The notes under the pieces are model-generated. The model had not been told where the DNA came from and ran no database searches. It was given only the letters and a program-made list of their open reading frames with translations. From Alphaproteobacteria bacterium (GTDB lineage: Bacteria; Pseudomonadota; Alphaproteobacteria; UBA828): 64,000 nt of DNA. The stretch is from NCBI GenBank assembly GCA_965221125.1, contig CBDCRW010000006.1:384001-448000 (forward strand). Reading direction: 5' to 3'. A program made the position numbers and the translations under genes. Below, piece after piece: positions 18,529 to 28,286 of the stretch (the stretch's first letter is position 1; each line of letters opens with the position of its first letter).

Positions 18529-19364
18529 TGCCGGCTCGAGCCCCGCTTGCGGCCGCGGCCGAGGTAGGAATCGATCACCCGCTGGTCCGCCTTGACCTCG
18601 TCGGGCGAGCCCTGGGTCAGCAGCCTGCCCTCGGCCATGACGATCACCGGCTGGCAGAGCCGCGAGATGAAGTCGATGTCGTGCTCGATCATGCAGAAGG
18701 TGTAGCCGCGCTCCCGGTTGAGGCGGAGGATGGCGTCGCCGATGGAGCGCAGCAGCGTGCGGTTGACGCCGGCGCCCACCTCGTCGAGGAAGACGATGCG
18801 GGGCTCGGCCATCATCGTGCGCCCGAGCTCCAGCAGCTTCTTCTGTCCGCCGGAGAGCGCGCCCGCGCGCGCGCTCGCGACCTCGTCGAGGCCGAGGAAG
18901 TGGATGACGTCCGCCGCCCGGGCGTGGATTTCCTCCTCCTGCGCCCGCACCGTGCCGCGGCGGAACCAGGCGTTGACCAGGTTTTCTCCGGCCTGGCCTG
19001 CGGGCACGGTCGCCAGGTTCTCGGCGACGGTGAGGCTCGAGAACTCGTGGGCGATCTGGAAGGTGCGCAGCACGCCCCGGTGGAAGAGCTGGTGCGGCTT
19101 CAGCCCAGTGATGTCCTCGTCCTGCAGGAAGACCCGGCCCTCTGAGGGCGGATAGACGCCGGCGATGACGTTGAAGAGGGTGGTCTTGCCGGCGCCGTTG
19201 GGGCCGATCAGGCCGGTGATCGAGCCTTCCTCGATCTCCAGGGTGACCCCGTCGACGGCGCGGATGCCGCCGAAGTGCAGGTGCAGGTTCTCGACCCGGA
19301 TCATGGCGGGCGCGTCGGCCGCGCCGCCAGCCGGGGCAGGGGAGGCGGCCGGCGGCCCGGTCAT
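18525..19364 (-). CDS. livG: ABC ATP-binding protein (LivG-like); start may be 19304
   Basis: FGGIRAVD, GPNGAGKTT, LSGGQKKLLE, EHD. Confidence 0.9.
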   Translation of the reverse strand: MTGPPAASPAPAGGAADAPAMIRVENLHLHFGGIRAVDGVTLEIEEGSITGLIGPNGAGKTTLFNVIAGVYPPSEGRVFLQDEDITGLKPHQLFHRGVLRTFQIAHEFSSLTVAENLATVPAGQAGENLVNAWFRRGTVRAQEEEIHARAADVIHFLGLDEVASARAGALSGGQKKLLELGRTMMAEPRIVFLDEVGAGVNRTLLRSIGDAILRLNRERGYTFCMIEHDIDFISRLCQPVIVMAEGRLLTQGSPDEVKADQRVIDSYLGRGRKRGSSRQ

Positions 19365-19396
19365 CGCTGGCCGAGCCGCCGTCCGTGTTGCGAGGT

Positions 19397-20605
19397 CTAA
19401 CGGATTTCCTTCGTCACGAAGGCGCCGCCCTCGACCTCCATCACCGCGTAGGAGCCTGCGGCCTCGCCCACGTCCGTGAGCTCGACGGCGGACGCGCCGA
19501 CATAGTCGACCTCGCCCCCGTCGGCGAGGATCTGCAGCCCCTTGGCCAGCTCGCCCGGAAGGATCGGCTCGCCCGGCCCGTTGGCGACCGCCATGACGTG
19601 CGCCGCAATTCCGCCCCGGTCAGCCGAGCCTGCGGCCTGCATGGCGAGCACGATCAGCGCCGCGGCGTCGTAGGATTCGCCGCGGAACGGCCCGTCGCCG
19701 TCCACCCCGTTGGCGGCGGCGTGATCGAGGAACATCTGGGCGCCCTCGGAGGCCGAGCCCGGCGCCGTGCCGATGGTGCCGGTGAGCGCATCGCCGATCG
19801 CCTCGATCAGCGAGTCGCCGATCATGCCGTCGGCGACGATGAAGTTCTCGAAGGCGCCGGTGTCGACGGAGGTCTGGATGATCCCCTTGCCGCCCTGGTC
19901 GACGTAGCCGAAGACCACCAGGTGCTCCGCGCCCGAAGCCGCGAGCGCGCCCACCTCGGCCGAATAGTCGCCCTTGCCGTCCTCGTGCGCGGCCGAGATT
20001 TCGACCGTGCCGCCCAGCGCCATGAAGTTCTCGCCGAAGCTGCCGTCGAGGCCCTTGCCGTAGTCGTTGTTGGTGTAGGTGACGGCGACGCTGTCGATGC
20101 CGCGCTCGATCAGAAGCTCGGCCAGCACCTGCCCCTGCCGCGCGTCGGACGGCGCGGTACGGAAGAAGAGGCCGTTGTCCTCGATCGTGGTGAGCGCCGG
20201 CGAGGTCGCGGACGGCGAGATGGTGACGATGCCGTTCGGCACCGAGACGTTGTTGGTAATCGCGATGGTGACGCCGGAGCAGTCGGCGCCGAAGATCGCG
20301 GCGACGCCTTCGGCCGTGACCAGGCGCTCGGCGGCGGCCGTCGCCGCAGCCGCGTCGATGCAGGTCGAATCGCCCCTCACCGGCACGATCGCCTTGCCGC
20401 CCAGGAACGCGCCGGAGTCCGATGCCTCCTTCAGGGCGAGCTCGGCCGAGTCCGCCATGGCGGGCGTCAGCGACTCGATCGGGCCGGTGAAGCCGAGAAT
20501 GACCCCGACCTTGACCTCATGGCCGTCCGCTCTGGCGTCCGGCGCCAGCCCAAGGCACAGCGCGGCAGCGGCCGCGACCAATGCAACCCACCGTGTTCTT
20601 CTCAT
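19397..20605 (-). CDS. Leu/Ile/Val-type ABC substrate-binding protein
   Basis: Signal peptide, SPSATSPALT, FFRTAPSD, NNDYGKG. Confidence 0.92.
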   Translation of the reverse strand: MRRTRWVALVAAAAALCLGLAPDARADGHEVKVGVILGFTGPIESLTPAMADSAELALKEASDSGAFLGGKAIVPVRGDSTCIDAAAATAAAERLVTAEGVAAIFGADCSGVTIAITNNVSVPNGIVTISPSATSPALTTIEDNGLFFRTAPSDARQGQVLAELLIERGIDSVAVTYTNNDYGKGLDGSFGENFMALGGTVEISAAHEDGKGDYSAEVGALAASGAEHLVVFGYVDQGGKGIIQTSVDTGAFENFIVADGMIGDSLIEAIGDALTGTIGTAPGSASEGAQMFLDHAAANGVDGDGPFRGESYDAAALIVLAMQAAGSADRGGIAAHVMAVANGPGEPILPGELAKGLQILADGGEVDYVGASAVELTDVGEAAGSYAVMEVEGGAFVTKEIR

Positions 20606-20824
20606 GATCCGTTCCTCGCGTCATGAAGGTTGGAGCCGCGCACCGGATCCCTGTTCCGGCGCCTCCGGCCAATCACCCGATCATAGCGCGGTTCGCCCCC
20701 CGATTCGACGAGATTGGGGCGTCAGCCTCCACCGGGACAGGCGTGCGGCGCGGCACTCTGCGTTGACGGGCCGCGGGGCAGGGACTATCTCTCAGGCCAC
20801 GTGGCGCATCAGGCGGATGACGCG

Positions 20825-22759
20825 ATGGTGGACGTGCAGATCGAGCGGCCGACCACGTCCGTCACGGACGATGCGGCGGCCCTCGCCGATCCTGGCGTCT
20901 CGCTGGAGCGCGGAGTCGCGGCGCTGCGCAAGGCGCTGGCGACGATGCCGGCGGGCGCCGGCGTCTACTGCATGCGCGACCGGCACGAGAAGCCGCTCTA
21001 CGTCGGCAAGGCCAAGAGCCTGAAGAAGCGGGTCGCGACCTACGTCAACGTCCGCACGCTGCCCGTCCGCCTGCAGCGCATGATTGCGGGCACCGCAGCG
21101 GTCGAGGTGATCACGACCGAGGGCGAGGTCGAGGCGCTCCTGCTTGAGAGCAACCTGATCAAGCGGCTCAAGCCGCACTACAACATCCTGCTCCGGGACG
21201 ACAAGTCCTTCCCCTACATCCTGCTGCGCCGGGGGCATACCTGGCCGCAGATCACCAAGTATCGGGGCGCCAAGAGCGCGGACGGCGACTACTTCGGCCC
21301 GTTCGCGTCCGCCGGCGCCGTCGACCTCACGATCAACGCGCTGCAGCGCGCGTTCCCGCTGCGCTCGTGCTCGGATTCGGTGCTGGAGAGCCGCACCCGG
21401 CCCTGCCTGCAATACCAGATCAAGCGCTGCACGGCGCCCTGCGTGGGGCGGATCGGCAAGGCCGACTACGACGGGCTGGTGGAGGAGGCGCGGGCCTTCC
21501 TCGCCGGGCGCAGCAGGGAGGTGCAGAGCCGGCTCACCGAGCGTATGACCGCGGCGAGCGACGCGCTGGAGTTCGAGACGGCCGCGGCCTACCGCGACCG
21601 CATCAAGGCGCTGGCCCACATCCAGATGCGCCAAGGCATCAACCTGCCCACCATGGGCGATGCGGACGTGGTCGCGATCCACGAGGAGGCGGGCCAGGCC
21701 TGCGTGCAGGTCTTCTTCTTCCGCTCCGGCCAGAACTACGGCAACCGGGCGTTCTTTCCGCGCCACGCGGCGGACGAGCCGGCGGAGGCGATCCTCCGCG
21801 CCTTCATCGGCCAGTTCTACAGCGCGCGGGAGGCGCCGCCCGTCGTCCTGGTGAACCGTGCGCTGGCGGAAGCTCCGTTGATCGAGGAGGCGCTCACGCT
21901 CAAGGCGGAGCGGCGGGTCAGGCTCCATCGGCCCCTGCGCGGCGCAAAGCGCAAGCTGCTGGAGGATGCCGAGCGCAACGCGCGGGAGGCGCTGGCGCGC
22001 AGGCTCGGCGAAAGCACGGCGCAGCGCCGCCTTCTGGAAAGCCTGGGCCAGAAGTTCGGGCTGGAGAACGCGCCGGAGCGGATCGAGGTCTACGACAACA
22101 GCCACATCTCCGGCACCGATGCGGTGGGCAGCCTGATCGTGGCGGGGCCGGAGGGCTTCATCAAGAACGCCTACCGCAAGTTCACGATCCGCGCGACGGC
22201 GGCACAGGACGAGGCTGCGCCCGGCGACGACTACGCCATGATGCGCGAGGTGCTGACGCGCCGCTTCTCCCGCCTCGTCAAGGAGGACCCCGGCCGGGCC
22301 GGCGAGTCGTGGCCGGACCTCGTGCTGATCGACGGCGGTGTGGGCCAGCTAGGCGAGGCGTGCCGGGTGTTCGCCGATCTCGGCATCGCCGACCTCGCGG
22401 TGGCGGCGATCGCCAAGGGGCCTGAGCGCAACGCGGGCCGCGAGCGCATCTTCCTGCCCGACCGGCCGCCGCTGGCGCTCGGCGCGCGCGACCCGCTGCT
22501 CTACTTCCTGCAGCGCCTGCGGGACGAGGCGCATCGCTTCGCCATCGGCACCCACCGGGCCAAGCGGGCCAAGGCGCGCTCCCGCTCCGCGCTCGACGAG
22601 ATTCCGGGCGTGGGCCCCAGGCGCAAGAAGGCGCTGCTCCACCGCTTCGGCTCGGCGCGGGGGGTGAGCCAGGCGGGCCTCGCCGACCTCGAGACCGTGG
22701 ACGGCATTTCGCGCACGGTCGCGCGCGCGATCCATGACCATTTCCGCGCCGATCAGTAG
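20825..22759 (+). CDS. uvrC: Excinuclease ABC subunit C
   Basis: GVY...LYVGKAKSLKKRV (GIY-YIG), EVYDNSH, LIDGG, RDEAHRFA, C-terminal HhH; start uncertain. Confidence 0.96.
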   Translation: MVDVQIERPTTSVTDDAAALADPGVSLERGVAALRKALATMPAGAGVYCMRDRHEKPLYVGKAKSLKKRVATYVNVRTLPVRLQRMIAGTAAVEVITTEGEVEALLLESNLIKRLKPHYNILLRDDKSFPYILLRRGHTWPQITKYRGAKSADGDYFGPFASAGAVDLTINALQRAFPLRSCSDSVLESRTRPCLQYQIKRCTAPCVGRIGKADYDGLVEEARAFLAGRSREVQSRLTERMTAASDALEFETAAAYRDRIKALAHIQMRQGINLPTMGDADVVAIHEEAGQACVQVFFFRSGQNYGNRAFFPRHAADEPAEAILRAFIGQFYSAREAPPVVLVNRALAEAPLIEEALTLKAERRVRLHRPLRGAKRKLLEDAERNAREALARRLGESTAQRRLLESLGQKFGLENAPERIEVYDNSHISGTDAVGSLIVAGPEGFIKNAYRKFTIRATAAQDEAAPGDDYAMMREVLTRRFSRLVKEDPGRAGESWPDLVLIDGGVGQLGEACRVFADLGIADLAVAAIAKGPERNAGRERIFLPDRPPLALGARDPLLYFLQRLRDEAHRFAIGTHRAKRAKARSRSALDEIPGVGPRRKKALLHRFGSARGVSQAGLADLETVDGISRTVARAIHDHFRADQ

Positions 22760-22878
22760 AGCGTTTCCGTGTCACACGGAAACGATCTACAAATTTATCG
22801 CTCACGGCAGCCGGCTTTCAGCCGGCGCCTGCGCGGGCGCGGCCTGTCGCGCGTCCGTCAAGAATGGACGCGCTCTGA
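22757..22878. repeat. Palindromic intergenic repeat, copy 1 (CIR/RIME/REPIN-like)
   Basis: TAGAGCGTTTCCGTG/CACGGAAACGATCTA hairpin, core TATCGCTCACGGCAGC and terminal GCGCGTCC/GGACGCGC hairpin; similar to 33655-33803 and 47690-47838. Confidence 0.85.
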
Positions 22879-22900
22879 AGGCGCCGAGGTCCCGGAGACC

Positions 22901-23503
22901 GTGAGCGAGGCCGATCCGCTGCGCGTGGCAAGCTGGCCCAACGCCGTCACCGGGCTCCGCATCGTCATGGTGCCGGTGCTCGTCGGCGCGTTCTTCATCG
23001 AGGGAGCGAGCGGACTCTGGCTCGGCTTTGCGGTATTCGCCGCCGCCTCCGCCAGCGACTTTTTCGACGGCTGGCTTGCACGGAAACTCGATCAGCACTC
23101 GCTGCTGGGGCGCATCCTCGATCCCATCGCCGACAAGCTGCTGGTCGCGGCGGCGCTGGTGATGCTGGCCTGGGACGAACGCGCGCCGGTGATCGCCGTA
23201 GTCGCGATCCTCGCCCGCGAACTCCTGATCTCGGGGCTCAGGGAGGCGCTGGCGGGCAGCGTGGCGCTCCCGGTCCAGCGCCTCGCCAAGTGGAAGACCG
23301 CCGCCCAGATGGGCGCCATTGCCCTGCTGCTCCTCGCCCCTGCCATCTCACCGCTGCTGCCCGGTGCGGCGGGGGAGGGACTCGCCACCGCCGGCGAGGC
23401 GCTGCTATGGCTCGCGGTGGTGCTGACCTGGGGCAGCGCGATCGGCTATGTTCGGGCTGCCGTGCGGGGGCTTGGCGCCGCCCGGCCGCGCGAGGAGGAC
23501 TAG
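22901..23503 (+). CDS. pgsA: CDP-diacylglycerol--glycerol-3-phosphate 3-phosphatidyltransferase
   Basis: PNAVTGLR, DFFDGWLAR, GRILDPIADK, KWKTAAQM; follows uvrC; GTG at 22901 after GGAG. Confidence 0.92.
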   Translation: MSEADPLRVASWPNAVTGLRIVMVPVLVGAFFIEGASGLWLGFAVFAAASASDFFDGWLARKLDQHSLLGRILDPIADKLLVAAALVMLAWDERAPVIAVVAILARELLISGLREALAGSVALPVQRLAKWKTAAQMGAIALLLLAPAISPLLPGAAGEGLATAGEALLWLAVVLTWGSAIGYVRAAVRGLGAARPREED

Positions 23504-24052
23504 GTGCGACGCTTCGGGGTCACGGGACTGAGCGACAGCGGCAAGACCACGCTGGTCTGCCGGCTGCTGCCGCGGCTGCGCGCGCGTGGCCTGCGCGTGG
23601 CCACCGTGAAGCACGCGCACCACGGCTTCGACCTGCTGCCCGAGGGGCACCCGGCCTGCGCCTGGCGGGCTGCCGGCGCGCGGGACATCGTGCTGGCGGC
23701 GCCCGACCGCGTCGCGCACCTCCGCGAGACTGGCGATGACGGGGAGCCGCTGCTGGAGCGGCTGCTGGAGCAGGTGGAGCCGGCCGACCTCGTGCTGATC
23801 GAGGGCTACAAGCGCGGCGGCCACGACAAGATCGAGGTGCGGCGGGGCGCGACAGAGGCGCCGCTGCTGGCGGCCGCGGACCCCACCGTGGTCGCCATCG
23901 CCAGCGACCGGCCGGTGCCGGAAGCCGCCTCGCTCGGGCGCCCGGTGCCGGTGTTCCGGATCGACGACGTGGCGGCGATCGCGGCGTTCGTGGTGTCGCA
24001 CTGCGGCGCCGGCGATGGCGCGGACCCGGAGCGGATCCGTGGCGCAGCTTAG
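23504..24052 (+). CDS. mobB: Molybdopterin-guanine dinucleotide biosynthesis protein B
   Basis: GLSDSGKTT, VKHAHHGFD, LIEGYK. Confidence 0.9.
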   Translation: MRRFGVTGLSDSGKTTLVCRLLPRLRARGLRVATVKHAHHGFDLLPEGHPACAWRAAGARDIVLAAPDRVAHLRETGDDGEPLLERLLEQVEPADLVLIEGYKRGGHDKIEVRRGATEAPLLAAADPTVVAIASDRPVPEAASLGRPVPVFRIDDVAAIAAFVVSHCGAGDGADPERIRGAA

Positions 24053-25295
24053 CGACGACTGCTTCGCCTTCGGCGGCGCGCTGACCCCGGCGGCGGAGGC
24101 GCTCGCGCAACTGGGGAGCGTCGTCCATCCCATCGCCGAGACCGAGACCGTCGACCTGCGCGCGGCGAACGGGCGCATCCTGGCGGAGACCGTGGTCTCC
24201 GAGCGCGCCGTGCCGCCGCACGACAATGCCGCCGTCGACGGCTACGCGGTCTTCTTCGACGACCTCGATGCGGCGGGGGACACGCGCCTGCCCTGCACCG
24301 GGCGGGCCGCCGCCGGGCACCCCCTCGGCCGCGCGGCCGCGCGCGGCGAGGCGATTCGCGTCTTCACCGGCGCGCCCATGCCGCCCGGCCCGGACACCGT
24401 GCTGATGCAGGAGGACTGCCGCGTGGACGGAGACGCCGTCATCGTCCCGCCCGGGATCAAGCGGGGCGCCAACCGGCGCAACGCGGGAGAGGACATCGCG
24501 CCCGGCACGACCATCCTGACCGCCGGCAGGGCGCTCCGGCCGCAGGATGTCGGGCTCGCCGCTTCGGTCGGGCGCAGGGCGCTCACCGTCTTCAGGCGGC
24601 TTCGGGTGGCGATCTTCTCCACCGGCGACGAGGTCCATGAGCCGGGCGCGGCGCTCGGCGAGGGCGGCATCTACGATTCCAACCGCTACGTCATCGCCGG
24701 CCTAGCGGAGCGGCTGGGCTGCGCGGTCACCGACATGGGCATCCTGCCGGACGATCTCGACACGATCACCGGGGCGCTGGCCGCGCGAAGCCGCGATCAC
24801 GACCTGCTGCTGACCTCCGGCGGGATGTCGACCGGCGACGAGGATCACGTCAAGGCGGCGGTGGAGGCGCTGGGCCACCTGCACTTCTGGCGCCTCGCCA
24901 TCAGGCCGGGGCGGCCGATCGCGCTCGGGCAGGTCGGCCGCGTGCCCTTCATCGGGCTTCCCGGCAACCCGGTCGCCGTCATGGTCACGTTCCTGCGCTT
25001 CGCGCGCCCGCTGATCCTGCGCCTGGGCGGCTGCACGGACGTGGAGCCCGCGCACTACCGGGTGCCCGCGGGCTTCGACTACCGCAAGAAGAAGGGGCGG
25101 CGCGAATGGCTCCGCGCCAGGCTCGCGACGCAGCCGGACGGCACGCTCGGCGCCGAGAAATTCGCGCGGGACGGCGCCGGCATCCTCACGTCGGCGGTTT
25201 TCGCCGACGGCCTGATCGAGCTGCCGGAGGATCTGACGACGCTCAGCGCCGGCACAATGGTCGACTTCCTGCCGTTCAACGAGATGTACCGATGA
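24039..25295 (+). CDS. moeA: Molybdopterin molybdotransferase (gephyrin-like)
   Basis: AQLSDDCF, NAAVDGYA, STGDE, DSNR, RPGRP, LPGNPV. Confidence 0.94.
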   Translation: MAQLSDDCFAFGGALTPAAEALAQLGSVVHPIAETETVDLRAANGRILAETVVSERAVPPHDNAAVDGYAVFFDDLDAAGDTRLPCTGRAAAGHPLGRAAARGEAIRVFTGAPMPPGPDTVLMQEDCRVDGDAVIVPPGIKRGANRRNAGEDIAPGTTILTAGRALRPQDVGLAASVGRRALTVFRRLRVAIFSTGDEVHEPGAALGEGGIYDSNRYVIAGLAERLGCAVTDMGILPDDLDTITGALAARSRDHDLLLTSGGMSTGDEDHVKAAVEALGHLHFWRLAIRPGRPIALGQVGRVPFIGLPGNPVAVMVTFLRFARPLILRLGGCTDVEPAHYRVPAGFDYRKKKGRREWLRARLATQPDGTLGAEKFARDGAGILTSAVFADGLIELPEDLTTLSAGTMVDFLPFNEMYR

Positions 25296-25552
25296 CATTG
25301 CTCTATTTCGCCTGGGTCCGGGAGCAGATCGGCCGCGACGCGGAGGAGGTCGCGCTGCCTGCGGACGTTCGGACCGTGGCGGCGCTGCTCGAGTGGCTGC
25401 GGAGCCGGGGCGACGGCTACGCCCGCGCGCTGGAGGACCTGTCGGTGATCCGCGTCGCGGTCAATCAGGAGTTCGCGGCGCCCGACCACGCGGTGGGCGA
25501 CGGTGACGAGGTCGCGCTGTTCCCGCCGGTGACCGGAGGAGCGGCGTCGTGA
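25292..25552 (+). CDS. moaD: Molybdopterin synthase sulfur carrier subunit
   Basis: LLYFAWVRE ... DEVALFPPVTGG (followed by AAS). Confidence 0.92.
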   Translation: MTLLYFAWVREQIGRDAEEVALPADVRTVAALLEWLRSRGDGYARALEDLSVIRVAVNQEFAAPDHAVGDGDEVALFPPVTGGAAS

Positions 25553-26007
25553 TCCGCGTCCAGAGAGAAGACTTCGACATCGGCGCCGAGATCGAGGCGC
25601 TGACGGGCGGTGACGACGAGATCGGCGCCGTCGCGTCCTTCGTCGGCATCACGCGCGCGGACGCGGGCGAAGGCCCGGCGATCACGGCGATGACGCTGGA
25701 GCACTATCCGGCGATGACCGAGCGGCAGCTCGCCGCCATCGAGGCCGAGGCGCGCGAGCGCTGGGACCTCACCGCCTCGCTGATCGTCCACCGCTACGGG
25801 CGGCTCGAGCCCGGCGAGCGGATCGTGCTGGTGGTGACCGCGTCGTCCCACCGCCGAGACGCGCTCGATGCCTGCGCCTTCCTGATCGACTGGCTCAAGA
25901 CCAAGGCGCCGTTCTGGAAGCGGGAGGAGACCGCCGACGGCCCGCGCTGGGTCGCCGCGCGGGCGGCCGACGACCGGGCCGCCGAGCGCTGGCGCGGCGC
26001 CTCGTGA
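25549..26007 (+). CDS. moaE: Molybdopterin synthase catalytic subunit
   Basis: IRVQREDFD, LEHYPAM, HRYG, LKTKAPFWKRE. Confidence 0.94.
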   Translation: MIRVQREDFDIGAEIEALTGGDDEIGAVASFVGITRADAGEGPAITAMTLEHYPAMTERQLAAIEAEARERWDLTASLIVHRYGRLEPGERIVLVVTASSHRRDALDACAFLIDWLKTKAPFWKREETADGPRWVAARAADDRAAERWRGAS

Positions 26008-26065
26008 CCGCGCCGCCGAGGTCGTCCCGATCCTGACACCCTCTTGAGACGGACATAACTCTCGC

Positions 26066-27010
26066 ATGTCGGGCGACGAGCGGATTCTCGTCATCAAGCA
26101 CGGCGCGCTCGGTGACTGGGTGCTTGCCACCGGGTGCTTCGCGGCGATCCGCCGCCATCATCGGGCCGCGCACATCACCTTGCTGACGACGCCGGCCTTC
26201 GCGGACCTGGGCGCGCGCTGCCCGTGGTTCGACGAGGTGTGGACCGACGAGCGCGCGAGCGTGCTGGCCAAGCCGCTCGATTGGCTCAGGTTGCGTCGGC
26301 GCCTGATCGACGCCCGATTCGCGCGCGTGTACGACCTCCAGACGTCGAGCCGCACGGGACACTACTTCCGCATGATGCCACGCCGCCGTCGCCCCGAATG
26401 GTCGGGCGTGGTGGCCGGCTGCTCGCATCGCCTCCGCAATCCTGGGTGGGCGACCAGGCATTCGGTTGCGGTTCGGGCGGAACAGCTCGGCATGGCGGGC
26501 ATCGAGGATGTGCCTGCGCCTGCGCTCGATTGGCTGGACGCCGACATCGACGCGTTGGCGCTGCCCGACTCCTTTGCGTTGATCGTCCCCGGAGGGTCGG
26601 TGCACCATCCCGAGAAGCGATGGCCTGCCGAGCGCTACGCGGCGCTCGCTGGGCTCCTGGCGGAGCACGGCCGCCCGCCGGTCCTGATCGGCACGGACGC
26701 CGAGGCACCCGTCCTGGACAGGATTTCGCGAGAGGCGCCGGGCGCAATCGATCTATGCGGCTGCACCAGCCTCGCCCAGATCGCCGCCCTGGCGCGGCGC
26801 GCGACGTGTGCTGTCGGCAACGATACGGGTCCCGTTCACATCGCGGCCACGGCCGGCTGCCCCACCGTGGTGCTGTTCGGGGACGGCTCCGAGCCTGAGC
26901 GCAGCGCGCCGTGCGGAGAGGCCGTGACGGTGCTCCGCCGGGTGCCGCTCGCGAGCCTTGCGGTCGAGGACGTTTTCGGCGCCACCCAACGGACCTGGGG
27001 AAGCGCCTGA
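26066..27010 (+). CDS. Glycosyltransferase family 9 (ADP-heptose:LPS heptosyltransferase-like)
   Basis: ILVIKHGALGD, YDLQ, KRWP, GNDTGPVHIAA. Confidence 0.88.
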   Translation: MSGDERILVIKHGALGDWVLATGCFAAIRRHHRAAHITLLTTPAFADLGARCPWFDEVWTDERASVLAKPLDWLRLRRRLIDARFARVYDLQTSSRTGHYFRMMPRRRRPEWSGVVAGCSHRLRNPGWATRHSVAVRAEQLGMAGIEDVPAPALDWLDADIDALALPDSFALIVPGGSVHHPEKRWPAERYAALAGLLAEHGRPPVLIGTDAEAPVLDRISREAPGAIDLCGCTSLAQIAALARRATCAVGNDTGPVHIAATAGCPTVVLFGDGSEPERSAPCGEAVTVLRRVPLASLAVEDVFGATQRTWGSA

Positions 27011-27028
27011 CGGTGCCCTGCGACCGCC

Positions 27029-28282
27029 ATGCTCCCGTCTTCGAGAAACCGTGGCGCCGAGAGCGCCGAAGCCCAGGCCCCGCGCAAACCGAGGGTGATC
27101 CTGCCAACGATATTCTGCGCGTTCGCCGCACTTCTGCCGATCGTCGCGGTCGTGGCGCCCAAGGGCACGGTGGTGCTCCTGCTGCTGGCCGCGATCCTCG
27201 CCGCCCCGACCTATTGGTGGGCCTGCAGGCGGTTTCCGGTTCCCGATTTCCGAATTTCGATCGCTCTCGTTCTCCTGCTCGCGTGGTGCGCCATCGCGTC
27301 CGCGTGGAGCGTCGAGCCTATGCAATCGCTGGTGCTCGCCGTTCGCATCGCCGTGATCGTCGCGGCCGGCATGATCCTGTTCGCCGCGTCGGCCGCCCTG
27401 GACGGGGCGGCGAAAATGCGTGTGGGGTTGTGGCTGCTCGCAGGCGTCGCCATCGGCCTGGCCTACATGGCGGTGGAAATCGGGCTCGACTATCCGCTGC
27501 TTCGCGCGTTCAAGGAGCCACGTGGCGGGGGCGAAGCGGTCTGGTTCAATCGCAGCGCCGTCGCGCTGGCGCTGATCGTGTGGCCGGCGACCGCCTATCT
27601 CTGGGACCGCGGCGTCGGCTGGAAGGCGCTCGCCATCCCGATTGCGCTCGGCATCGGCTCGGTGTTCCTTGAGAGCGAGTCGGCGACACTCGGCTTCGCG
27701 TCGGGTGTCGCGATGGTGTTGTTGACGGTCGCTATTCCCAGGGCCGGGCGAACGATCTCCATTGCCGCAATCGTGCTGGCGTTTGTCGCCATGCCGTTCG
27801 CGGCGAGGGAACTATATCGCCACGGATGGCACCGGGCCGACTGGCTGATCAGCTCGGCTCGGCACCGCGTGGAAATATGGGACTTCACCCTCCAGCGCAT
27901 TGCCGAAAAACCGCTCCTGGGATGGGGATTTGACGCGGCGCGCCATCTGGAGACGTCGTACCCGGAGACCGGCGCGACGGGTCGCACGCTGGCGGCGTTG
28001 CACCCGCACAGCGTGCCCCTTCAGATTCTGCTCGAGCTCGGCGCCGTCGGTGCGGTCATGGCGATCGGGCTGTTGTGCCTCGTCGCGATGCGCCTGGACG
28101 ATGTCTCCGGCCGGGCGCGGGCATTCGGGCAGGCCGCTCTTGTCGCCGCTCTGGCCATGGGTACTGTTGCTTACGGTGCGTGGCAAAATTGGTGGTTCGC
28201 CCTGATTGTTTCGATCGCCCTTCTGGTGCCGCTAACGGCCGTGTCGCCTGCCGGGCACGAAGGCGGAAACCTGCGGCGCTAA
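27029..28282 (+). CDS. O-antigen ligase (WaaL/Wzy_C) family membrane protein
   Basis: Multiple TM segments; HRVEIW, PLLGWG, HPHSVPLQILLELG. Confidence 0.85.
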   Translation: MLPSSRNRGAESAEAQAPRKPRVILPTIFCAFAALLPIVAVVAPKGTVVLLLLAAILAAPTYWWACRRFPVPDFRISIALVLLLAWCAIASAWSVEPMQSLVLAVRIAVIVAAGMILFAASAALDGAAKMRVGLWLLAGVAIGLAYMAVEIGLDYPLLRAFKEPRGGGEAVWFNRSAVALALIVWPATAYLWDRGVGWKALAIPIALGIGSVFLESESATLGFASGVAMVLLTVAIPRAGRTISIAAIVLAFVAMPFAARELYRHGWHRADWLISSARHRVEIWDFTLQRIAEKPLLGWGFDAARHLETSYPETGATGRTLAALHPHSVPLQILLELGAVGAVMAIGLLCLVAMRLDDVSGRARAFGQAALVAALAMGTVAYGAWQNWWFALIVSIALLVPLTAVSPAGHEGGNLRR

Positions 28283-28286
28283 GGCG

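Noticed and set aside
22769-22900. N-terminal extension of PgsA in the ORF track
   Set aside because: It is translation through the palindromic repeat; GTG at 22901 has an SD and gives a normal-length protein.
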